A DNA stretch of 63,695 bases, filler included, from Chiloscyllium plagiosum (taxonomy: Eukaryota): assembly GCF_004010195.1 (NCBI RefSeq). It is 3 parts of one record of this genome, joined end to end, with 100 filler letters (N's around TTAATTAATTAA, not from the genome) between each part and the next. Parts side by side here need not be neighbours in the genome. Positions count along the whole stretch, not along the records: positions 29,806 to 51,223 come from NC_057715.1; positions 51,324 to 63,695 come from NC_057715.1; 1 more part is not named here. One strand, 5' to 3'. Shown here piece by piece: positions 50,603 through 63,695 of the stretch. The position numbers were made by a program, and so were the translations under genes. How positions within the stretch are numbered: position 1 is the stretch's first letter; each line of letters opens with the position of its first letter. The notes under the pieces are model-generated. The model saw only the letters and a list, made by a program, of their open reading frames with translations. It searched no databases and was not told the origin of the DNA.

Positions 50603-51223
50603 CTTCACCATGGACATCCAGTCCCTGTACACCTCCATCCCCCATCACGAAGGACTCAAAGCACTCCGCTTCTTCCTTTCCCGCCGTACCACCCAGTACC
50701 CTTCCACCGACACCCTCCTTCGACTGACCGAACTGGTCCCCACCCTGAACAACTTCTCTTTCCAATCCTCCCACTTCCTCCAAACAAAAGGAGTAGCCAT
50801 GGGCACCCGCACGGGCCCCAGCTATGCCTGCCTCTTCGTAGGGTATGTGGAACAATCCATCTTCCGCAACTACACTGGCCCCACCCCCCATCTTTTCCTA
50901 CGCTACATTGATGACTGTATCGGCGCTACCTCGTGCTCCCACGAGGAGGTTGAACAGTTCATCCACTACACTAACACCTTCCACCCCGACCTCAAATTCA
51001 CCTGGACAGTCTCGGACTCCTCCCTCCCCTTCCTAGACCTTTCCGTTTCTATCTCAGGCGACCGAATCAACACGGACATCTACTACAAACCAACCGACTC
51101 CCACAGCTACCTAGACTACACCTCCTCCCATCCTGCCCCCTGTAAAAACGCCATCCCATTCTCCCAATTCCTTCGTCTCCGCCGCATCTGCTCCCAGGAG
51201 GACCAGTTCAAAATACATACAAC
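50603..51223 (+). mobile_element. Penelope-like reverse transcriptase segment, uninterrupted frame running into a gap
   Basis: MDIQSLYTSIP, GVAMGT, RYIDD, FLD and YYKPTD motifs without stops. Confidence 0.92.
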
Positions 51224-51323
51224 NNNNNNNNNNNNNNNNNNNNNNNNNNNNNNNNNNNNNNNNNNNNTTAATTAATTAANNNNNNNNNNNNNNNNNNNNN
51301 NNNNNNNNNNNNNNNNNNNNNNN
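51224..51323. other. Assembly gap (100 nt) with TTAATTAATTAA filler
   Basis: N run with a central 12-mer at 51268-51279. Confidence 0.95.
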
Positions 51324-51512
51324 TTTCGTATACTTCTTGCATTGAAGTATACACACTTCAAGCCACTTTCCTGTTTACAGGCACCCTCCTTTGAGATTGA
51401 TGCCATGTTCCTAACCTCCCTACACTCCAGGTCCTGCACCCTAAAGCTACAGTCTAGGTTCCCATGCCCCTGCAGAGTTAGTTTAAACCCCCCCCCAAGA
51501 GCACTAGCAAAC
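51324..51512 (-). mobile_element. CR1 LINE ORF1/ORF2 junction fragment
   Basis: LKCVYFNARSIR endonuclease N-terminal motif. Confidence 0.8.
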
Positions 51513-52339
51513 CTCATGACGACTGATAGTAGAATGGCCATGTGTGGTTAGGAGGTTATGTTGACAGGGTGAGCTAATGTAAGGGGGAGGTTTGTATTGA
51601 GAATAGTCAGCAGTACAGACCACAGCAGCCAAATGGCCAATTTCTGCCCTGTAAAATATCATTTGACCCATACATTGGCTTGAATATTCTGATCAGCATC
51701 AGAAACCCTGCTTCCAACTCCAAGCATGTTAAAAATGACCCACTTACCTTTGGATGAATTCGGTGCTGGAGATTTCTGTTGCGCATCTGTCCAGGAATCC
51801 GCAAACACAGCAGTGCAAAAGGTTTTTATAGAAACCGTGACCCACCTTTTGTAGTAGCAGAGCCAGAGCTTTTCACAGCTATTGTTCGAAGAGTAGCATG
51901 TAAGTTAAGTGTGGGATTAGGGTATGAGTTGGTGAGGTGGGTAGAGTGCCAGGTAGGTGAGGTGGATAAAGTTCCACATGGATGAGACACGAAATGTCAG
52001 ATGGGTAGTGTGCAATGCATGTGAATGAGTGCTTAGGTTAGGTAGGGGGGGTTGAGTTAGGGGATGGTGGTGCTGATGAGGTGGCACGGGTTGTTTTGGG
52101 GTTGGGACAAATCCAGTCTGGTGGTGGTTTTGTGACAGGAGAATCCAACAGAGTCCAATAACCAGCGATGACAGAGGATAAGCTGTCCAGCAGAGTCACA
52201 CTGGGTTGGATTGGTATACATAATGGTTAGAGGGAGGTGAGAGTATGTTTGGGGTTAGTATTGGGGCTCAGGGAGATCAAGGGTTTGGGAAAGCGAAATA
52301 TGGGGTGATGTGGGGTAAGGAAAGTATTGAGTATGGTAA

Positions 52340-53012
52340 ATCATAGAGTCAAGGAGATGTACAGCACAGAAACAGAGTCTTCAGTTCAAATCATCCATGC
52401 CAAACAGATATCCTAACCTAATCTAGTCCCACTTGCCAGCACCCGGCCCATATCCCTCCAAACCCTTCCTATTCATACACCCATCCAGATGCCTTTTAAA
52501 TGTTGCAATTGTACCAGCCTCCATCACTTCCTCTGGCAGCTCATTCGATACACGCACCACCCTCTGCGTGAAAAAGTTGCTCCTTAGGTCCCTTTTATAT
52601 CTTTTCCATCTCATCCTAAACCTATGCCCTCTAGTTCTGGATTCCCCCGACCCCAGGGAAAAGATCTTGTCTATTTACCCTATCCATGCCCCTCATGATT
52701 TATAAACCTCTATAAGTTTACCCCTCAGCCTCCGACACCTCAGCCTATTCAACCTCTCCCTGTACCTCAAATCCTTCAACCCTGGCAACATCCTTGTAAA
52801 TCTTTTCTGAACCCTTTCAAGTTTCACGACATCCTTCCGCTAGGAAGGAGACCAGAATTGTACGCAATATTCCAAAAGTGGCCTAACCAATGTCCTGAAC
52901 AGCTGCAACATGACCTCCCAACTCCTGCACTCAATACTCTGACCAATAAAGGAAAGCATACCAAATGCCTTCTTCACTATCCTATCTACCTGTGACTCCA
53001 CTTTCAAGGAGT
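52340..53012 (-). mobile_element. CR1-clade (HER1-like) LINE 3' end
   Basis: NFFTQRVV..NELPEEV.EAGT. Confidence 0.9.
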
Positions 53013-54741
53013 TATCAGTTTAATAGATATCCAGTCCTAAGAATAGGTTTTTAATCCACTAACCCTTTCTTGGGTAATCATTAAGTTTAACAGAGTCAGA
53101 ATCTTACAAACTCTCCAAACTTAGGGGTCTTTTTTAAGACAGTTCCAGCAGCTGAACTGAAATATCCAATGCAAGCTTCAATTTCCCTGATGGTTCCCAC
53201 TAGAATCTGCAGTGTCTGGGATTCCTCATGGTCCTGATGTACATCTCCAGTCTATGATGGAGTAAATGACTGTCAGAATACATGGGCCACTGCAACTGCT
53301 GATTGTTCTAGAATTAGAATCCTACTGTGTGGAAACAGGCCCTTTGGCCCAACAAGTCCACAATGACCCTCCAAAGAGCATCCTACCCAGACCCACCCCT
53401 ACTACCCCTGCAACCCTACATTTCCCATGGCTAATCCACCCAACCTGCACGCTATAGGTAATTTAGCATGGCCAGTTCACCTGGCATGCACATCTTTGGA
53501 CAATGGATGGAAATTGGAGCACCCAGAGGAAACCTATGCAGACACAGGGAGAATGTCCAAACTCCACAGATACCAGTTGCCCAAAGTAGGAATTGAACCT
53601 GGCTCCCTGGTGCTGTGAGGCAGCAGTGTTAACCACTGAGCCATGGATTGAAGGATAATTGTTTTGTTTGTCAAAACAATCTCATTGACTCTTTTCAGTC
53701 CCCCTGCAACCTCGAAATAGCATCTTATCAAAAAGATTTCATGTGGAACTAGATTAGTACCTGGACTGAGACATCCAATCTATGTTCCTGATTTTTTTTA
53801 TTCCTTCTTGGGAATTAGTCCTTTTGACATTATTATTCTCAGTGTGTTTCATATCTTGTCAGTGATTCATTTAAAGCTTTAAGTGGAACAGAATGACACA
53901 GTTGGTAAATACAGTTCCCTAAGTATATTGAGCTGTACAGAGTGAAGAGAGGATTGGTTTAGCCTCTTGCACTATACCGAGCTGGCTGATCTCAGCTGAG
54001 CCAAGATTTATGATCAACAACTGGCTCTGAGCTATGGAAAGGTTCCCAGTCATAATCACCACCCATTGCCCCCCTGCTGGAAAAATAAATGAGTGCAGAT
54101 GTTGGGGGAAGACACGATTAGACTTGGCCTCGCTCCTCACAATTTAGGCTCACGTGTGTGGAATTATCTTCCGAGTGCCAGACATTGCTTGGGTAACTCA
54201 ATGAGGTGGATTATTATCTTGTCGCCTGTTCACAAATTTTATCTCAAATTGGAAGTGGGCACTTTCTATAATAAAAGGATCATAAACTTTATGCCTGCAT
54301 TCTGATGTATCAAAAGACAGCAAAACCTGTCTGTCCAAAAGCAGCAATGTTATACCAATCCCAGGTCAGACAAAAAACTACTCTTTCTCACAAACTTATG
54401 GCTCAGATCCATGTGGAGACAGTCCACAGCTAAGGCACACCGGGCAAAAATCAGAGAGTTAGGGACAGAGAGAGAGAGAGAGACACAGAGTGAGAGGGAG
54501 AAAGAGAGGGAGAAAGAGAGCGAGAAAGACATATTAGGAGCCACCTCAACTTGGAGATTAGGTGGATTGAATGCAGTGGTGCAGATGTCCAAAGATACGC
54601 AAGTTAAGTGGATTGGCCATGCTAAATTGCCCACAGTGTCTAGGAATGTGCAGGCCAAGTAGATTAGCCGTGAAAAATGCAGGATTCCAGGGACAGCATT
54701 GAATGGTTGGTGTGGGTCTGGGTGGAATGTTCTTTGGAGGG

Positions 54742-55097
54742 ACAATGACAGGCATGGATAGCGTGAATAGCCAAGGTCTTTTCCCCAAGGTAGCAGACTT
54801 CAAAGCTAGAGGTTATAGGTTTAGGGTGAAAGGGGAAAGACATATAAGGGAGCTAAGAGACAATCTTTTCATGCAGAGGGTGGTGTGTGTATAGAACGAG
54901 CTGCCAGAGGAGGTGGTGGGGGCTGGTACAATTACAACATTTAAAAGGCATCTGGATGGGTATATGAATAGGAAGGGTTTAGAGGGATATGGGCCAAGCA
55001 CTGACAAATGGGACTAGCTTAATATAGGATACCTGGTCAGGATGGATGAGCTGGATGAAAGGGTCTGTTACCATTCTACACAGCTCTAGGATTCTGA
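54742..55097 (+). mobile_element. CR1-clade LINE 3' end
   Basis: Same family 3' sequence and tail. Confidence 0.85.
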
Positions 55098-55429
55098 GTG
55101 GACTAGTGAGCTAGGCGACTACCCTGGAGGTGTGGTTTTAAATCCCATGCTGGAATTTAAATTTATTTCATCAATCTAGAATTGAAAGCGTCTCAGTAAT
55201 GGTGACTGTTGATTGTTGTAAAAGCCAATCTGGTTCACTAATGTCCTTTAGGGAAGGAAGCTGTCATCTCTACCTCAGTCTGGCACACAAACAACAATGG
55301 GGTTGACTTTCAATTGCCCTCTGAAATAGCCTAGCAAGTGGCTTAGTTCAAAGAAAATTACGTTTGACCACAAAAGATGGAGCTTGCCAGCAATGCCCAC
55401 ATCTCATTGGAAGAATCTTAAAAATGTAA

Positions 55430-55660
55430 CAATGGCAGTAGCCAAAATACATTTAGCAGACTCCCACAAGCAGCAATGCAAAGGCCATCTGTTTCTGTGA
55501 TGTTGATTGAGGGATAAATATTGGCAAGAACACCAACTCCCCTCCTCTTCTTTGAAGTTATGGGAATGTCAGCATTGACGCCTGCACTTAGGCCCTGGAA
55601 TAATACTTGAACCTGGTACACTGTGACTCAGGAGCAGGAATGCTACGCATCGAACTGCAG
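55430..55660 (-). mobile_element. Old DeuSINE-like repeat (related pieces at about 30600-30900 and 57640-57985)
   Basis: gt.(c/t)tg(g/c)ccaatatttatccctca motif shared among copies. The family name is tentative. Confidence 0.4.
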
Positions 55661-56489
55661 CTGAATCTCAACTTGGTAATTTTCCATTTGCTAAAATGAC
55701 AAGCTGACATAATTTTATCGCCTCTGCCAAGAGATGGCTTGTGCTTTGGTTTAATTCATCCGTGGGATGTGTGAGTTGCAGGCTGGGCCAACTTTTGTTG
55801 CACATCCATAGTTTTATTGGAGAAAGTGGCGGTGAACTTTCCTCGTGAATCGTTGGGTTGTAGAGAAACCCACAATGCTGAAGGGAGGAAACTACAAGAT
55901 TCCAGACCCAGTTACAGTGAAGGAACAGCAACATAGTTCTAAGTCAGATTGGTGTGTAGCTGGGAGGGGAACGCGCATGAATTTGCATTCTGATACTCCT
56001 GCTGCCTTTGTCCTTTCCAGATGGGTTTGGAAGATAATGTCTAAGTAGGCGCTACACCTGTAAGAATATCTCGTACATTGTGAGAATTACTGCCTAATCT
56101 TGCATTGATATTAATACAGCACAGAAGACCTTCAGCCCATTAGGTCTATGCTAACCTATCCACATTAATCCCATTTTCCAGCACTAGGCACATAACCTTG
56201 AATCTTGTGACTTTTCAAATACTGATCCATGTACTTACTCAAGATTGTGAAATTATCTGTCCTTACCACCCTCCCAGGCAGTACCTTCCAGATTCCCACC
56301 ATCCTCTGGATGAAAAATATATTCCCCAAATTGCCTCTAAACCTCCTTTTCTTCATTTTAAAATTATGACCCCAATTTATTGCCTATTGCAAAGAACCCT
56401 TGAGAAGATAGTGAGTGGGATGACTTCTTAAACTGCAGGTACACCTATAGTGCTAAACAGACCTTTTCATTGTGATTTGATAAAACTGA

Positions 56490-57110
56490 CCACTTGCTTG
56501 GCCATATTTGGAGTGCACCCGCATGGGCCCCAGCTATGCCTGCCTCTTCGTAGGGTATGTGGAACAATCCATCTTCCGCAACTACACTGGCCCCATATAA
56601 TTCTGCTCGTCCTGCTGTAGGAAGGATGTCAAACTGGAAAGAATGCAAAACAAAAATTTATAAAGAAGTTACCAAGACTGGAAGGTTTCAGTTACAAGAA
56701 GAGGCTGGATAGGTTGGGACTTTTCTTCCTGGAGTGAAGGAGGTTGAGGGGTGACCTTATCGAGTTTTATAAAACCATGAGAGGTACAGGTAAGGTAAAT
56801 AGCCAAAGTCTTTTTCAAAACTAAAGGGCACAGGTTTAAGGTGAGAGGGGAAAGATTTAAATGGGACTTGAGGGATAAGGTTTTACATGGAGGGTGGTAT
56901 GACATGGAACAAAGTGCCAGAGGAACTGATAGAGGTATGTACAATTATAACATTTAAAAGACATTTGGACAGGGACATGGATAGGAAAGGTTTAGAGAGG
57001 TGTGGGCCAAATGCAAGCAAATAGGACTAGTTTGGTTTTGGAAATTTGGTCAGCATGGACAGGTTGGGCAGAAGGGCATGTTCCTGTACTGCATGCCTCT
57101 ATGACTCTAT
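56490..57110 (+). mobile_element. CR1 LINE 3' end containing an 81-bp Penelope RT insert (56515-56595)
   Basis: CR1 sequence on both sides of a segment matching 50803-50883. Confidence 0.85.
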
Positions 57111-59229
57111 ATTTCAGATGGTAAGTATGAATTAGCTTTATTGCTGTGGGCAGGAGGTCTCATATAGACCAAAAGAGTTCAGGAATTTAAATTCCCCTCC
57201 TCAAGTGGCATTGGTGAACCTTACAGGATTTTACAATAATTCAAAAGTTTTGTTGATACAATTTTCTTCTTTCATTCTCTTAATTTAATTAAAATTCCAC
57301 AGGTTTTCTGATAAGATTTGAACACTTATCTCCAAAGCATAAATCTTAGTTTCTGGCGTATCAGAACAGAGCACAGCGTTTCCCACGAAAACAGCTCACT
57401 CTGTAAAACAATTTCCCCATTGCTTACACCATGTTCTTTTTGCTAATTCCCTTAAATCTGTGTCCTCTGGATTACTGACCCTTCCACCAGTGAACACAAA
57501 TTCTCATTATTTACTCAATGGTTTCGAAGGTCGGCATTAAATTACCCTTGAAATCTCATTTTCCTGAAACAAAAGCAATGAACCCAGCTTCTTCAGGCTC
57601 TTTTAGCAACAGAGCGCCATTAATTGAGAATGTGATAGGTTCAGATTACTGCTATTTGCCCTCTAAATAGGAATCTGGACTGTAATCTCTGATGCAACAC
57701 TGATGGTGGGGTGATTTGACAGTGAATATTCTTTAGAACAGATTTTAAACTGAAACTCTGCTCATGAGTTGTGTTGAACTGCAATCAATGCCATGGAACT
57801 GCTATGGAATATGAACAGGTTGCTCCCCTGACGTCCTGGCCAATATTCTTTGATCAGTTAATGCAGATTAATCGGTTGTTCATCCTATTGTTTTTGCTGT
57901 GAAGGTGTCACTTTGGAAAGTGACGATGTACTCCCGAGTTGGGAACATTTCCAAATGGTTTGGTATGGAATTATATAAATGCAAGTTTTTGTTTCAAGTT
58001 GCAAATTAGCACTGGGAAATCATATTACTGTATGGTACATAGTTAGTTGTTAATGAATGATCAGATATCTGACTCAATTAAAACTCGACTCAGAGGTATG
58101 TGCTGTTTGGACTAACATAGAAAACCATGCAAAGCATATCCCGGTGACTGCAGTAATAGAGAGTGGGCTGCAGAGGCTGGTGACAGCAAATTAGTTCAGA
58201 AGCTGAAAGCAACATAGTTGTGAAAAGTGCTTTCCTGATAGTCACCCATCATGTGTTCGAGATCAAAGACGAAGTCAACAAGCAAGACTAGAGTACCACA
58301 TAACACTACTGAAGCTCGGAACAATACATTCTTGCATTCTTATTCAAAATACATGGAATGATCCAAATGAAATGAAAGTTGCGGTTAGCTCAGTTGACCT
58401 AATGATTGTTTTTTGCTGTAGAGTGATGTAAACCACATGATTCAATTACTGTGCCAGCTCTGTCTTCTCAACTTTGCCTCTTTCCTGAGGTATAGCAACC
58501 CTCAGGCTAAACTCACCATTAATCTTCTCTCTATCTCTATACAGGTATCAGACTATTGTGACTTTCACTTCAAATACAGTTACCCATTTTAATAAAGTGA
58601 TTCTATAGCTAAGTACAGGAAAAAAAAACTTGTCATATTAAAAAGGCCTTACCTGTGTCCGGGTGTCAGTTGAAGGAGACATTGCAGTGCAGCTTATATA
58701 GTTATAACGCTGCTCCCACTTTTGGTGATAGGACTTAAAAATTGAATGTGTTGGATGGGGTTCCAGTCAAACAGGATACTTTGTCCTAGATGGTGTCAAG
58801 GCTCTTGAATTTTGTTGGGGTTGCACTCATCCAGGCAAATGGAGAGTATTCCATCAGCAACCTGACTTGTACCCAGTGGGCACTCGGAAGACAATGCAGT
58901 ACTTGACACAGAATCCCTAGTTCCTGACTTATTTTTAAAACCACTATGTTTGCAAGACTGATCCAGTTCAGTTCCTGATTAATGGTAACTCTACAAACAT
59001 TGATAATGGGGTTTCAATGATGGCAATGTCATTAGAAGTCCGGGGTAATTATCCGCATCAATAACAATACAGCTCCTCTGGATGGAAACCTGAAAACTTT
59101 TACCTAATTTTAAACCTTGCACTTTCTATTATTGAATTACCACCCAGCACAGATCTATGTATCACAATGATCAACAAGTATATCATTTCCAAAATCAAAG
59201 AGTCTTTCCATACCCTGCCAAACACCCGT

Positions 59230-62200
59230 CCAGAATGTCTTGACTCTTATCGGTAAATTTAAAGGCAATGCAGTATTACATCTGAAAGATGACACCCATC
59301 CCTGCAGTGACCCTCCTTGTAAGTGCAGAATTCACATTCAGGATAAAGTCAAACTGATATGGAATCCCATGGGACAAAACAACATCATTCACAAAGTTAA
59401 GAATCATATGAGGTGCCATTTCATTACTTATGTTTTGAAGAGAGATGGCGCACTACATGCATATTTTGATCCAAATCGACTAAACATTGCACTAAAAAGA
59501 TGTCCACACAAAATTGTGACGCAGGAAGAACTTAACCCCAGATTTTCAGATTTTTACCAAACCTGATGACAAGAATGGAGAGTGGAACTTATATCTTTCA
59601 CCAGAGTTAAGGGAACTGACAACTTTTAGAATGCAATTTGGTAGACACTTTTTTTTTGGATTAACATTTGGACTGTCCATTGGGTGGTACAATGGTTTAG
59701 TGTGTAGCACTGCTGCCTCACAGCGCCAGGAACCCAGATTTGACTCCAGCCTTGGGCAACTGTCTGTGTGGAGTTTGCACATTCTCCCCGTGTCTGTATG
59801 GGTCCCCTCTAGGGTGTTCTGGTTCCCTTTCACTGTCCAAAGATGTGCAGGTTGGTGGATTAGCCATGTTAAATTAACCGAAAGTGTCCAGACGTGTGCA
59901 GGTTAGGTTGATTAGCCATGGGAAATGCAGGGGTAGGGTAGGGAAGTGGGTCTGGGTCAGATGCTCTCTCAAGGAGTACTGTAGACTCCATGGGTCAAAT
60001 GCCCTGCATTCGCACTGTAGGAATTCTGTGAAGACTTAGTCCAACATTATATGGATTATATCATTGTGAATCTACCAGGTTATCATGGTATTGCAGTTTT
60101 TGGAAGAACCAAACAATCTTATTTTCGACAGCATAAAATGTCCAAACAATATGAGCTAAATCAACTTCTTTTGGACCAACCTACTCTTCAAGTGGTATTA
60201 ACCCTGATGCTACCAAAACAGAGGGAGCATGGCAGAGTTGCAGGGTTGAAATTCTGGAACTGTCTCTCTAACAGCATTGTGGGTCTACTTACAGCATGTG
60301 GACCTACCTACAGCAGATGGACTGCAGCTTTTTAAGAAGGCAGCTCACCACCACCTTCCCAAGAGAACTAGAGATGGGCAATAAATAATGGCTAGCCAGT
60401 AATGCTCACATCACATCAGTGAATAAAATAAAAGATGCCCGTGCCACCAAACAAATGTGATTTACAAATACATCCTAATTGCTTCGACATCATAATACCA
60501 TCGATTCCAAATTTGGTGATCAAAGCAGCTCATGTTCAAGATTTGTTCTGGAAGGAAACACCATCTATGTGGCAGAAAGATCACATGAACAGTGTCCAAA
60601 CTCTCAAAAATGCTTTATCTTCCAGCATTTGTACTTTTCAATCCACCGATCCCTTGAAACTCATCAAATTGGAGTTGGAAATAGACACATTGCAGAAAGA
60701 CTTCAGGGAACGTCTATTTCAGGATTTCAATCCTGTTGTATTTGGTTTAAGATCCTTACAACAGTTTAGGTGAACTACTCCAACATAGAAACGGAAACTT
60801 CCACTTCAGTTTCTGGAGTACAAATGTTCAGCATGTACCTATTCAACAAGAATGTCATTGTTTGTATCAACCACAAACCATTTGAGAATGATCTGTTGAA
60901 TATCTTTCATGTCTGCAGTTCCCTGATTGTAATGTCTACTTGTGAAGACGCAAATGTACAATTTTGAAGTTCATTTCAAACTAGGCTCACAGATGCATAT
61001 TCCTGATGCACTTAGCTCACTTCCAAATCTCACAAAGAACAAAGCTATTCCTCTAGACCAACAAGTGGATATTATTGAATCCAATTGCAAAATCTGTGTC
61101 GATTTCAGTCGTTTTGGCTGGAACCAAAGTGGAGTTACTACAGATGATGTCCAACTGGAGCAGTTCAAGATCATCATCAGTGGGAGCTTGCCTGAACGCA
61201 TTCGTCAGGTCCCTGAGTAAGCATGTTCTCTCCGCTTATTCAGAGCTAAATTAGATTCTCTAGTAATATCCAAAGACCAACATTCCACAAGCTCTGCATC
61301 AAGATATGCTTGACCACATACACCGAGCTCCCATGAGTGCAGGAAAAAACAAAAAAGATGCTTGGCATGTGAAATATTTGGTGAACTGGTAAGGGCAGGT
61401 CAACATCATTAACCTCAATCACCACTCATTCTAAACAAAACTTCCTTCTGAAGCATGGTACACCTGACACACTCGGTTTCTAAGGATACAATGACATTCT
61501 GGTGTCTGACATTTTCACCAAATTTCCTTTTGGGATATGAATCAAAGGTATCACTTGAGCATCGAGTGCTCAAGTGCCATATTCAGTATGTTTGGTGTTC
61601 CCTGACATATTTTGTTCAACAATGCTTCATGATACAGTAGTGCCCACTACCAATACATGAGCCGGAAGTGGGGCACGCAACACATTACTGCCCTTCCTCT
61701 CTATCCTCAATCTAATGATATTGCAGCATGTACAGTGAAGTTCAAGATTATTAAATGCAAAGCTACAAGCCAAGATTTTCAGATGCTCATAAATTTAACA
61801 TGACTTTCTCCTCAGTGCAATGGTTTATACTTGTTGGAAGACAGATCCACACAGTTGTTCCATCACACACTCTTAACCATCCAAACAAGTGTATGGGATG
61901 CATTGTTAGAAAGAGTGAGTAAAATGTTATGATCAACATAGAGGGTTATCCCAGCATGGAAAAGGGAAAGCATCAGATTTGAGACCTTTATGTGAATACA
62001 TGGGATTGTGGAAAGATACATTGATTTTGTGTACAGTCCTGGATATACAATGACCAAATGCTATGATGAAGCAGACATGAACTTTTGCACAGTACATAAC
62101 CAATTGTGTATCATACAAGATGATTCTTACACTAAACATGACGCCCATTGATGAACAACATTGACAACACATGGCACACACCGATCCACAATGGTAAACA

Positions 62201-62361
62201 GCACCACACAGAGTGAAGCTACACAACCAAGTTGTGATAACTGCAAATGGACAACATTGGGTTATACAGTATGATCAAGCATTATCTTAGTGTATGAAAA
62301 TAATGTGATGTGCATTCTTCAATATATAGTTTTCCTATTCATTAAAGGGAAAAAAGGGAGA
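59230..62361 (+). mobile_element. Degraded Ty3/Gypsy LTR retrotransposon pol region, ending in a polypurine tract
   Basis: RT remnants (KRDGALH..DPNRLN, LTTFR..FGR), RNase H (NYSNIE.E, NHKP) and integrase (YPQSN). Purine tract 62344-62361 is followed by TG. Confidence 0.8.
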
Positions 62362-62484
62362 TGTTGTGGTAATTAGCTTTTACTTGTTTCAGCCACAAAG
62401 ATGGTAATATCTCTGGGTGCAGTTTCCAAGCCTCAAGAGAGATGCGCCACACTGTTTGGGGCAACCTTTTCTAAAACCCTGGGC

Positions 62485-63020
62485 AAAAGTGAGGACTTCA
62501 GATCTGGAAACCAGAGTCTAGATTAGAGTGGTGCTGGAAAAACACAGGTCAGGCAGTATCCGAGGAGCAGGAAAATTGATGTTTCGTGCAAAAGCCCTTG
62601 AGGGTGGAGCGGATAGGTGGGAAGGAAGATTGCCAGGTCGGACAGGTCATGAGGATGGTGCTGAGCTGGAAATTTGGAACTAGGTTAAGGTGGGGGGAGG
62701 GGAAATGAGGAAACTGGTGAAGTCCACATTGATGCCCTGGGGTTAAAGTGTTCCGAGGTGGAAGATGAGGCGTTCTTCCTTCAGGCGTCGGGTGGTGAGT
62801 GACGGGTGGTGGAGGAGGCCCAGGACTTGCATGTCTTTGGCAGAGTGGGAGGGGGAGTTGAAATGTTGGGCCACAGGGTGGTGGGGTTGATTGGTGCGGG
62901 TGTTCCAGAGATATTCCCTAAAGCATTCTGCTAGGAGGCGTCCAGTCTACTCAATGTGAAGGAGACCTCATCGGGAGCAACGGATACAAGAAATGACATT
63001 GGTGGAGGTGCAGGTGAATT
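62485..63020 (-). mobile_element. Penelope-like GIY-YIG fragment and terminal repeat (family 1)
   Basis: FTCTSTNVISCIRCSR; homologous to 26850-27310. Confidence 0.85.
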
Positions 63021-63189
63021 CCCATTGGGGGAAAGCAGAGGCCACCTGACAAAGGGAATGCTCAGTCATGGATGTAGCTGCTAAAAGGATTCCTGTCTCA
63101 ACATAGGTGGCCAAAGGCCAAAGGTCCAGCCTGTGAACACAGCCCACCAGTATTTGCTTTGCTGTTGAGAGCAGTTTGGATAATTCTAT

Positions 63190-63695
63190 GACAATAGACA
63201 ATAGGTGCAGGAGTAGGCCATTCTGCCCTTCGAGCCTGCACCAACATTCAATATGATCATGGCTGATCATTCTTAATCAGTATCCTGTTCCTGCCTTATC
63301 TCCATAACCCTTGATTCCACTATCCTTGAGCTCTATCCAACTCTTTCTTAAAAAAATCCAGAGACTGGGCCTCCACTGCCCTCTGGGGCAGAGCATTCCA
63401 CACACCCACCACTCTCTGGGTGAAGAAGTTTCTCCTCATCTCTGTCCTAAATGGTCTACCCCGTATGTTTAAGCTGTGTCCTCTGGTTCGGCACTCATCC
63501 ATCAGCGGAAACATGTTTTCTGCCTCCAGAGTGTCCAATCCTTTAATAATATTATATGTCTCAATCATATCCCCTCTCAGTCTTCTAAACTCAAGGATAT
63601 ACAAGCCCAGTCGTTCCAGTCTTTCAGCGAAAGGTAGTCCCACCTTTCCAGGAATTGACCTCGTGAACCTACGCTGCACTCCCTCAATAGCCAGA
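63190..63695 (-). mobile_element. CR1 LINE 3' end
   Basis: QRRFTR.IPG...RTRGHSL...RNFFTQRVVGVWNALP. Confidence 0.9.

Noticed and set aside
54066..54080. CTCF-like motif
   Set aside because: Imperfect match (extra G) within a probable old repeat.
1..63695. CRISPR arrays, prokaryotic operons or antigen-receptor RSS segments
   Set aside because: No regularly spaced repeat-spacer arrays, and no properly spaced heptamer-nonamer pairs or J motifs noticed. The sequence is eukaryotic and repeat-dominated.

Overview
Repeat-dense vertebrate DNA, most likely from a shark or ray. That is inferred from the HE1-like SINEs, HER1/CR1-like LINEs with (CTCTATGA)n tails, and Penelope-like elements; the species cannot be fixed from sequence alone. 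Most of the window is transposon debris: CR1/L2, RTE, Rex-like, Penelope-like, Gypsy/solo LTR, several SINE families and a Harbinger-type Myb/SANT relic. The main hidden feature, only partly visible in the ORF track, is a spliced plus-strand gene for a class I cytokine receptor most similar by motif to CSF2RA/IL3RA/IL5RA. It has a signal-peptide exon (6753-6840) and four cytokine-receptor-domain exons (17046-17166, 18377-18558, 21686-21819, 24101-24233). These join with GT-AG sites and phases 1-2-1-0-1 into 219 stop-free codons ending near a WSDWT motif. I found no N-terminal-domain exons and no convincing transmembrane or Box1 exon, and the cysteine pattern is atypical. Other observations: candidate immune promoter and enhancer motif clusters, a 28S rRNA fragment fused head-to-head to a LINE, minimal hammerhead ribozyme motifs in two Penelope-like families, and several templated micro-insertions. 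Family assignments come from recalled motifs, not database searches, and repeat boundaries are approximate.
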